This document shows positions 50,240-57,348 of a DNA stretch of 64,000 nucleotides, one piece after another. This stretch comes from an uncultured delta proteobacterium (GTDB taxonomy: Bacteria; Desulfobacterota; Binatia; UBA9968): contig CAVYTU010000012.1 in NCBI GenBank assembly GCA_963771465.1, forward strand, positions 64,001 through 128,000, in the 5' to 3' direction. Numbering within the stretch: the stretch's first letter is position 1; the number at the start of each line of letters is the position of its first letter. The notes beneath the pieces were generated by a model, which did not search any database, was not told the DNA's origin, and was given only the letters and a program-made list of their open reading frames with translations. The position numbers and the translations under genes were made by a program.

Positions 50240-50597
50240 ATTCAGCGCTAACTGACGATTGGTTATCTCAAACATCGACTCCGCCGCCGGCGGGCTTATG
50301 ATTCCTCCTCCGGATCGCACTCACTTAAATGAACCTCGCGTGTCACACGGTCTACGACCTTCCTCAATCTGTCGACGTGGCGACGGTTTGCCTTCAGGCA
50401 AAATAGTTGAGGTCTAGTAGTGAACACCGCTGCGTGAGACAGGCTGTTGATTCGGGTAAGGAGCCACCCGCAGACAGCGGGCTGGGCTGGTCAGGTGGAG
50501 TACCGTCTTGCATAGCAAAACCTCCTTTCACACCTTGGGGCTTTTTCGCCTTATGCGATCCACTCGCCCCTGCGCCTGGCGGCGCTCAGTGAATCTA
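50240..50597. ncRNA. Candidate structured RNA (unassigned family)
   Basis: Nested series of complementary segments (see findings), bounded by a minus-strand TTGACA-17-TAGAGA promoter (50604-50632) and a terminator. Confidence 0.35.
50394..50513 (-). CDS. 39-aa small ORF with strong SD
   Basis: GAAAGGAGG 7 nt before ATG; MQDGTPPDQPSPLSAGGSLPESTACLTQRCSLLDLNYFA. Confidence 0.45.
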   Translation of the reverse strand: MQDGTPPDQPSPLSAGGSLPESTACLTQRCSLLDLNYFA

Positions 50598-50878
50598 CTT
50601 TGCTCTCTAGTGCTGTGAGAACAGTTTGTCAAGTGGGAAAAGGTTTGGCGATTCTCCGCGGCCGCTTGGGGGATTCCAGCTTTGTGCATGCCGCGCAGTT
50701 CAAAAAGGATAACCGCTGCGGCGCGGACGTTACAAAGAGGGAGAAAAATGGCGATCGCTGTGCCTATGTGACCAATCCTCTTTGTCCTTTGATTGTGGCA
50801 CTGCCGCGTCAATTGACATCGCAGATCGGCAGCGCTTTAATTTTCTTTGGCCGACCTTCACACCTGCAGGAGGCTACT

Positions 50879-51445
50879 ATGCGAAAATTTGTATGGCTGG
50901 GATCGCTAGCTTGCTGTCTGCTATTCGCCGTCCCCGCGCTGAGCGCTGATCAGGAGCGGTTGCGACCGCCGGTGCCAGAGGAATTGACCGATGCATGGGA
51001 GCGCTTTCAGCGCGCGCTGCAAGAATGGGGTGGGCGAGTCTGGGAACGTTTTGGCGGTCGTGGCGCGCGTGAGAATCAGCCGGCGATCAGTCAAATGCTG
51101 AGCCAGAAAGATGCGCTCGGGTTATCGGCAGATCAAGTGCGCAAGCTCGAGCAGCTACGCGACGATTTCCAACAGCCATCGATTCGCAACGACGCCGACT
51201 TGAGAATCGTCGAGCTCGACATCGCTGGATTGTTGGAAAAAGAACCGGTCGAGATGGCCAAGCTCGAAGGGAAAATCCGCGAAGCGGAAAAGCTTCGCGC
51301 CGATATACGCATCACGCGCATCCGCGCCATCGAACAGGCCAGAGCCCTGCTGACGACGGATCAGAAGAAAAAGCTTGAAGATTTCAACCGCGTCATGCGC
51401 GCGCCGCGTCCGTCGCGCGCGGGACAGAATCCTTCGGTTACGTGA
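50879..51445 (+). CDS. Spy/CpxP (LTXXQ) family periplasmic protein
   Basis: AGGAGG RBS, signal peptide, LGLSADQ and LLTTDQ repeats, all-helical. Confidence 0.8.
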   Translation: MRKFVWLGSLACCLLFAVPALSADQERLRPPVPEELTDAWERFQRALQEWGGRVWERFGGRGARENQPAISQMLSQKDALGLSADQVRKLEQLRDDFQQPSIRNDADLRIVELDIAGLLEKEPVEMAKLEGKIREAEKLRADIRITRIRAIEQARALLTTDQKKKLEDFNRVMRAPRPSRAGQNPSVT

Positions 51446-51450
51446 GGAGA

Positions 51451-51549
51451 ATAATCGAGACTCTTGTCGAAAGTTGTTGCACCGACCGACTCCTACACGA
51501 CGTCGAAACCTTTACCGTCGGTGAGATTTTTCACCTCTTTGAGAAAGTT
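51451..51549 (-). pseudogene. Remnant of a zeta-crystallin-like NADPH:quinone oxidoreductase
   Basis: NFLKEVKNLTDGKGFDVV*ESVGATTFDKSLDY resembles the Qor segment EVKRLTxGKGVDVVYDSVGxTTFDKSLD, with TAG at the Tyr position. Confidence 0.65.
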
Positions 51550-51794
51550 AGACGGGCTCGATGTAATGCTAATGTCGGTCGAATTCTCCGAGCAAAAGCG
51601 TTACAACCTTAAACGCAATCAAGCCGCGGCGAAGAAATTCGGTTCCTGGAAAAGCACGGCTCGACAAAGACAGTCGAATAATCACAGTCATGGCCGTGCT
51701 CCAGTCGATAAGCGACGATAAGGCCTCATCGTTGGCGGAAATTGGTATCTGACCCGAGCTTGATTTCCACTATCTTTGAAGGTTTAGTGATTGG

Positions 51795-52097
51795 ATGAAT
51801 CTATTCGACCTGACAATTGGCCAACTCAAACGGGCTGCTTTGATTAAAGAGCAAATCGAGGATTTGAACAAAGAGCTGCGCGGTATCCTCAGTGGGACAG
51901 CCAAATCCGGAACGGCGCGAACGAACAAGCGAACCACGAGCGCTACTGGGAGATTGAACGTTGCCGCGCTGTCAGCGAAGCGTCCAGCCAAACGCGCTGC
52001 GAAAGTTAAGAAGAAGACGATGAGTCCGGCAGTCAGAGCGAAGTTGTCGGCCAAATTGAAGGCTTACTGGGCGGCGAAAAAAGCCGGTAAGAAATAA
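51795..52097 (+). CDS. Basic Lys/Arg/Ala-rich, histone-like hypothetical protein
   Basis: N-terminal coiled coil (LKRAALIKEQIEDLNKEL) and MSPAVRAKLSAKLKAYWAAKK tail. Confidence 0.75.
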   Translation: MNLFDLTIGQLKRAALIKEQIEDLNKELRGILSGTAKSGTARTNKRTTSATGRLNVAALSAKRPAKRAAKVKKKTMSPAVRAKLSAKLKAYWAAKKAGKK

Positions 52098-52121
52098 TCC
52101 TGTACGATTTCAGGATTAGCT

Positions 52122-52157
52122 AAGCCACCAAGTCGCGCCAAACTTGAGTGGCTTTTA
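52122..52157 (+). terminator. Rho-independent terminator
   Basis: AAGCCAC-CAAG...CTTG-A-GTGGCTT followed by T-rich sequence, between convergent genes. Confidence 0.6.
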
Positions 52158-52210
52158 ATCTTAAAATATTCCCTTAACAGTTAGCGCGAAGATCAGCGGT
52201 CGAGTTCCGA

Positions 52211-52582
52211 CTATCTTCTTCGGCCCTGCGGGCGCCTGAAGAAAAAGGACGACTTGGAATCATCCGTCCCGCGAGCGGCCAGCTTCAGCATCTTTGCTAC
52301 CTTTCTCCCCATGACATCTACGACATAGTTAGATAGAAGATGATCGCGCGCGCTCTTGATCTTTTGCCGGACCACATTTTTGCGCACGTTATCCAACACG
52401 GCCATTCGCAAATCATCGGTCCGTAGCGATACCGTTGCTTCCCGCCCGCGGGTTGACAGTCGAAGAGAAAACCTTCCCTCTTGAGTCGGATCTAGCAAAT
52501 TGTATTCAAGTTTTTTATCGATGCTGCGGATAATGCCTCTCAACAACTCCGCGCTTTGTTTAACCGCTTCTCGTTCTGTCAT
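52211..52582 (-). CDS. Hypothetical basic protein (123 aa)
   Basis: AAGGAG RBS; clean ORF; no recognised motif. Confidence 0.7.
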   Translation of the reverse strand: MTEREAVKQSAELLRGIIRSIDKKLEYNLLDPTQEGRFSLRLSTRGREATVSLRTDDLRMAVLDNVRKNVVRQKIKSARDHLLSNYVVDVMGRKVAKMLKLAARGTDDSKSSFFFRRPQGRRR

Positions 52583-52762
52583 GAAATCTCCTTGTTTACG
52601 GCCGATAACTAGTTTCCGAGGATGGCAAACATCCTAAAAAACCAACCTAAGAAAAGCGCAGCTCCCGCGTCACTACCATTATGATGCGACGTTGGAGCTG
52701 CGAAAGTTTTCCTCGATTCCCGGTGTGTCGGTGCCAGCCGACAGATTCGTTGCAGAGTAAAG

Positions 52763-52787
52763 CGGGGCAACCCGACCTGTTGCCCCA
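52763..52787 (-). terminator. Hairpin after the RRM gene
   Basis: GGGGCAAC-N7-GTTGCCCC followed by GCTTTA on the minus strand. Confidence 0.6.
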
Positions 52788-52812
52788 GTTAACTAGCTAC
52801 GAATTGGCAAGA

Positions 52813-53127
52813 CTACCAGCGATTGCGGCCGCCGTCGCGCCCACCGCCGCCGCCCCCGCCCCCGCCGCCATCACGCCGCGCCATCGGCTTGGCTTCATTG
52901 ACGGTTAGGGTGCGCCCATCTAGCTGAGTGCCGTTTAGCGACTCAATCGCCTTTTGCGCCTCGCTGCTGGAACTCATCTCCACGAAGCCAAAGCCCCGCG
53001 ATTGTCCGGTAAACTTATCCGAGATTACGTTGGCCGATTCCACCGACCCGTGCGCTGAAAAGATTTCTTGCAGCCGTCCTTCGGTAACCGAATACGGCAA
53101 ACCGCCAACATATAATTTACTACCCAT
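52813..53127 (-). CDS. RRM RNA-binding protein with Gly-rich tail
   Basis: RNP2 LYVGGL, RNP1 RGFGFVEM, GRTLTVNEA; AGGAGG RBS. Confidence 0.96.
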   Translation of the reverse strand: MGSKLYVGGLPYSVTEGRLQEIFSAHGSVESANVISDKFTGQSRGFGFVEMSSSSEAQKAIESLNGTQLDGRTLTVNEAKPMARRDGGGGGGGGGGRDGGRNRW

Positions 53128-53331
53128 GTTCTCCTCCTATGAGAGAATTGATGTCTTTGACCCTGAGAATAAAAACTGCCATTAGGCAGAACATGGGCTA
53201 GTTGATGACTGAAAACCACGCTCTGGTCGGATTGTCCGTTGGGTATCGTTCGCAAGGAGAGAGACGGATTAGAGGCCTTCGGCGTTTGTATGCTCCTCTT
53301 TCAGAAGGCCTATTACTGAAGTAGGGAGGTC

Positions 53332-53360
53332 AGCCTACGTGTTTATAGCGTTACTGTCAA
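53332..53360 (-). promoter_or_regulatory. Sigma-70 promoter of the RRM gene (implies about 200-nt leader)
   Basis: TTGACA-17-TAGGCT on the minus strand. Confidence 0.55.
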
Positions 53361-53401
53361 TCGCGCTCGGATTTTAAATTAGACTGGGGCACTCCCGATC
53401 A

Positions 53402-54202
53402 TCAGCGCCGTCCCCACGGCATGACGATCGTTTCGGTCGGTTGCGGCAGTTCCGGTTTGGAGATTTTGACCAGCGCGGTGTTGAGCATGCGCACTCGCGT
53501 CAGGCCTTGAGTGTATTCCTGCACCGCTTGTTCCCACCAGAAATGCTTAGGGATGGCGATTTTGGGATTGACCAGCTTGGTGACTTCGCGCGCTTCGGTG
53601 GGCGTGACGGTATAGTAGCCGCCGGCGATGGGGACGAGCAGGATGTCGATCTTGCCCATCATATTGAGCTGTTCAGGGGTCAACACATGGCCCAAGTCGC
53701 CGAGATGGGCAATACAAATGTCGTCAACGCGGAAGACGAAGATCGCGTTCTTGCCGCGCTGCATGCCGCGGCTCTTGTCGTGAAACGCGGGCACAACGTA
53801 AACCGAAACGTCGCGGATCGTCGTGGAGATTTTTTGCCAGTCCTCGCCGCCGGGGGTGAGTCCGTGCAGAATCACCGGCGTGCCGGGCGCCATGTGGACG
53901 CTGCTGTGCGGTCCGTGTTGATGGCTGGCGGTGACGATATGTTGCGGCAGTGTTGGCCGTGGCAAGTCAAAAGCGCCGTGCGGATCGGTCAAGACTCGCG
54001 TGCCTTTTGAAGACGTGATCTGAAACGTCGAATGTCCCAGCCATTCGATGGTCACCGCCGGCGCCGCGCTGGCGGCGGCGCGAAAGAGTTTCCCTTGGAC
54101 GACATCGAGCTCATGGCAAAAGGCCAGTGCACGCCGCGGCGACGTGATAAGTCCAAGCAATGTGAACGATGAGAATAAAAATACCTGGTGACGGCGTGTC
54201 AT
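53402..54202 (-). CDS. Exported MBL-fold metallohydrolase (UlaG-like) with variant motif
   Basis: WLGHSTF, TDP, SHQHGPH, AFHD, HLGD, IPKH; N-terminal signal. Confidence 0.85.
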   Translation of the reverse strand: MTRRHQVFLFSSFTLLGLITSPRRALAFCHELDVVQGKLFRAAASAAPAVTIEWLGHSTFQITSSKGTRVLTDPHGAFDLPRPTLPQHIVTASHQHGPHSSVHMAPGTPVILHGLTPGGEDWQKISTTIRDVSVYVVPAFHDKSRGMQRGKNAIFVFRVDDICIAHLGDLGHVLTPEQLNMMGKIDILLVPIAGGYYTVTPTEAREVTKLVNPKIAIPKHFWWEQAVQEYTQGLTRVRMLNTALVKISKPELPQPTETIVMPWGRR

Positions 54203-54234
54203 CTTGCGAAGGCGCGTTCAGAGTTAATCCTAGA

Positions 54235-56487
54235 CTAGATGAGTCCCCACTTCCTTCTCATCCACCATTCGACGCTGAGCAGTAATAAGATAATTCCAAA
54301 CGGCCAAAGCGTGCTCCACAGACGGGTTTGGCGCTGCTCGACGATTTGCGACGGGGCGACGCTTTCCAGCTTAGCGGCGATTCTCTCAACGGTCTTTTCG
54401 TTCCAGTCGTTGATCGAAATATATTCGCCTTTACTGGTCGCGGCGATTTGTTTTAACAGATCGGGGCGCGGCCGGCCATCGTCGGTTTCACCATAGGCAA
54501 ACGCGGCGCTAAAGCTAGATTTGTCTTTGCCCAAAACCTTCCCCCCCAGGCTCGCTTCGGCTTCGACTTGGTAGGTGCCTTCTTTGGTCGGGATAAACTC
54601 GCCGGTGTATTCACCTTCTTCGCTGTCGGCACTGGCGGCGACTAAAGCCGGTTCGCCCTCGGCACTGATCACTCGCAATTGCACCGAGGCTTGGCGCGTC
54701 GGCGTGAAGTCGTCTTTCAAGACTTTTAATTTGATCGCCACTTTCTCGCCGGGCTGTGCCGACGGGATGGGACGAAGCTGCACTTGCTCAAAGGATCGCT
54801 CTTGGGCTAACCAGCGCACCGCCTGGCGAATCAGCTTCAAGTGATTTTGCGGCGTCTCCTTGTTGCCAACGGCGATGAAATTCCAGCGCCAGGCATCGTC
54901 ACTCATGAGCGCAAGGGTCCGTCCTTTGCCGAAGCGGCCGATGGTCAAGAGTGGGGCGCCGTCGGTTGAAATCAGCGTTTCCCCCCGCGCGCTGCGCACC
55001 TGATTCAATCCGGTGAGCGCCGGCATTTTGCTCCAGGCCTCTTCGTTGGTTTTTGGATCAGGCAGCAGTCGCGTTACCGGATGGGCTTTGCCGGTGGCGG
55101 TCAGCACGGCATTCAGCGCCCCGCTCGACTTATAAGTTCCCTTGCCGTCGAGTTCCACCGGCAAGACCTCCTTCAGCGCGCTTTCACCGTAACCCCCGCT
55201 ATCGAAGGCACGCGCGCCGCCGAACATCGCCAAACCGCCGCCGTCGCGCACAAAGTCGCGCACACGCTCGAGATAAACCGGATTGAAATAGGCGCGATGG
55301 GAAAAATCGTCGAAGACAATCACGTCGAAATTCTTTAGCTCTTCGAGAAAAATATCGTCTATGGGAAAGGGAATCAGGCTCAACTGGCTCTCGGGCACGT
55401 CGACGCTGTCGCTCGGCGTGCGCAGAAAGACGAAAGAGATGAGCTCGATCAACGGGTCTTGCTTCATCGCCATGCGTAAAAAGCGATAGTTCCACGCCGG
55501 CGAGCCGGACAGCGTCAGCACGCGAATCTTGTCGCGCTGCACGTCGACTTTGAATTCTTTGTAATTGTTCTGGGTGATCTGTTCGCCGGGTTGGGCCGGC
55601 ATGCTCACGGAGAAACCGTGAGTGCCCAAATCTTTGGGCGTGAAGCTGAGCGTGATCTTTTGCTCGAAGGGATCGGCGTCGATGGCAATATTTCGCGTCG
55701 TGATGAGATTTTTGCCGCGATTGAAATACAGCGGCAGGGATTTTCCCTTCATGCCGGAGGCGGCAACGGTGAGATCGAGCTTGAACTCGCGGCCGCGAAA
55801 GGCGAACTCCGGCGCGCCCAACTTGGCGATGCGCACGTCGATGAAGTTTTCGGCATCGCCGACGCCGATCGTAAATACCGGTACCGGCAGCGGCGGCGCG
55901 CCGTCCAAAGATTGCCTATCGCCATTGGCAATACCGTCAGAAAATAGAACGATCCCGGACTGAGCCGCGCTGTCGCGCGCGGCCTGCTGCAACAATTCCA
56001 ACAACCGCGTGCCCGGATCTTGCGGTTTTAGACCAGCCAAGTTGCCCGGCGCGATGGATTCCAAGCTAGTGCCGAAGCGGATGACGCGAAGATCGTAGTC
56101 GCGATTGAGTTTATCCATCAGTGAGTCGTTTTTATTGGCACCCGCTTGGAGCTTCTCGCGTACCAGATCGAGCCGGCTTTGCGCCGACTTGCCCTCGACG
56201 TTGGTTTTGGCGCCGGCGGGGAATCCCATGCTTTGTGACGTGTCGATCAAAAGAGTCAGCGGCCGGCGCAGTTTGCTCACGCGCTTGTCGATCAATGCCG
56301 GACCGAGAAGAAAGAAAAGCAGTCCGATATAGACGACCGCGCGCAGCAGCGTGAGAAAAATCGCTTGGCCGACCAGCAGCCGTTTTTTCAAACCGAGAAA
56401 CTGCTGTAGCAATAACGCCGCGGTGCCGACACCGATGAGCGCCACTAACCAAACGGGCAACGTGCCGATGAGATAGAGATCTTGCAT
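54235..56487 (-). CDS. Membrane-anchored vWA + glutamine-amidotransferase-like domain protein
   Basis: N-terminal TMs with TLLR, IDTSQSM MIDAS, SDG, FVRDGGGLAMFGG, WRW, C-terminal EWWMRRKWGL. Confidence 0.8.
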   Translation of the reverse strand: MQDLYLIGTLPVWLVALIGVGTAALLLQQFLGLKKRLLVGQAIFLTLLRAVVYIGLLFFLLGPALIDKRVSKLRRPLTLLIDTSQSMGFPAGAKTNVEGKSAQSRLDLVREKLQAGANKNDSLMDKLNRDYDLRVIRFGTSLESIAPGNLAGLKPQDPGTRLLELLQQAARDSAAQSGIVLFSDGIANGDRQSLDGAPPLPVPVFTIGVGDAENFIDVRIAKLGAPEFAFRGREFKLDLTVAASGMKGKSLPLYFNRGKNLITTRNIAIDADPFEQKITLSFTPKDLGTHGFSVSMPAQPGEQITQNNYKEFKVDVQRDKIRVLTLSGSPAWNYRFLRMAMKQDPLIELISFVFLRTPSDSVDVPESQLSLIPFPIDDIFLEELKNFDVIVFDDFSHRAYFNPVYLERVRDFVRDGGGLAMFGGARAFDSGGYGESALKEVLPVELDGKGTYKSSGALNAVLTATGKAHPVTRLLPDPKTNEEAWSKMPALTGLNQVRSARGETLISTDGAPLLTIGRFGKGRTLALMSDDAWRWNFIAVGNKETPQNHLKLIRQAVRWLAQERSFEQVQLRPIPSAQPGEKVAIKLKVLKDDFTPTRQASVQLRVISAEGEPALVAASADSEEGEYTGEFIPTKEGTYQVEAEASLGGKVLGKDKSSFSAAFAYGETDDGRPRPDLLKQIAATSKGEYISINDWNEKTVERIAAKLESVAPSQIVEQRQTRLWSTLWPFGIILLLLSVEWWMRRKWGLI

Positions 56488-56490
56488 CGC

Positions 56491-57261
56491 TTACCGAGTG
56501 AGACGCTTGCGAATGAACGGAACGTGGATCAGATCGTCTTTGTAGTTTTCCGTCATGGCGTAAAGGATGAGATTGATTCCCAAATGAAAGGCATCCTTGC
56601 GCTGCGCTTCGCCGCCGGGCGTGCAGGCGTTGGTCCACTTGCCGACTTGATCGCGCTCCCAGGCGCCGCCGAGATCGTTCTGGCAATAAACCACCGGCAT
56701 GGCGTTGCCCAGCGTAATGCTTTCCAACGTCGGGCTGACGATGCGCACGCCGCCGATGCGGCGCAGGAGGTAATAACTTCTCAGCGCGGCGTGACCGGAC
56801 GGCACGCGTTTGAATTCGTTGGCCGGAAAAATTTTTTGCATCTCGCGGCGCACCGCCTTGTCGAAGCCAAAGCCTTGTTGCCCGAGCGCGTCATCGATCA
56901 GCAGAAATCCGCCGTAGGAAAGAAAGCGGCGCAGATTTTCCGTTTCTTCACCGCTAAACGGATCGAATTCATATTTTCCGGCCAAGTAGAGAAACGGATA
57001 ATTAAATAAATCGCGATCGGTGAGGTAGATTTCATGGCGCACCGTGGCCGCTTCGACGCTGGTACGCGCCATCAGCTCTTCCATCAAGGGGGTCACCGAC
57101 AGCGGATGGGGATTCCAATCGCCGCCGCGGTAGCGGATTTGCGCGAAGACGAACTGCAGGCGTTGTTTGTCCTGGGGATGATCGGCACGGGCCAGCTTTG
57201 GCAGAAGGGTCGTGCCGATTAAGCCTTGGGATAAAAGTTGGACGAATTTGCGGCGCTTCAT
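56491..57261 (-). CDS. DUF4159 domain protein with twin-arginine-like signal
   Basis: MKRRKFVQLL; GGDW, YPFLYLAG, LRRFLSYGGFLLIDD, NDLGGAW, GINLILYAMT. Confidence 0.85.
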   Translation of the reverse strand: MKRRKFVQLLSQGLIGTTLLPKLARADHPQDKQRLQFVFAQIRYRGGDWNPHPLSVTPLMEELMARTSVEAATVRHEIYLTDRDLFNYPFLYLAGKYEFDPFSGEETENLRRFLSYGGFLLIDDALGQQGFGFDKAVRREMQKIFPANEFKRVPSGHAALRSYYLLRRIGGVRIVSPTLESITLGNAMPVVYCQNDLGGAWERDQVGKWTNACTPGGEAQRKDAFHLGINLILYAMTENYKDDLIHVPFIRKRLTR

Positions 57262-57263
57262 AA

Positions 57264-57345
57264 TAATGGAAGATGGAGAATTGATAATTGACAGCGGATC
57301 AGAAAGTTCTTCATTTACCGTTTTCAATTATTCATTATCAATTCG
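57264..57345. repeat. Inverted array of degenerate 7-mers
   Basis: AATGGAA GATGGAG AATTGAT AATTGAC ... CAATTAT TCATTAT CAATT. Confidence 0.6.
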
Positions 57346-57348
57346 CTT

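Noticed and set aside
50240-50597. Assignment of the structured region to tmRNA, RNase P, SRP, SAH or glutamine riboswitch
   Set aside because: Only fragmentary resemblances; defining consensus elements (tRNA-like ends, P4 helix, SRP helix 8, SAH pseudoknot partner) were not found by eye.
50600-50878. N-terminal extension of the Spy-like ORF
   Set aside because: RBS and signal peptide point to ATG 50879; the extension overlaps divergent promoter sequence.
52826-52875. GC-rich trinucleotide run
   Set aside because: Encodes the Gly-rich tail of the RRM protein.
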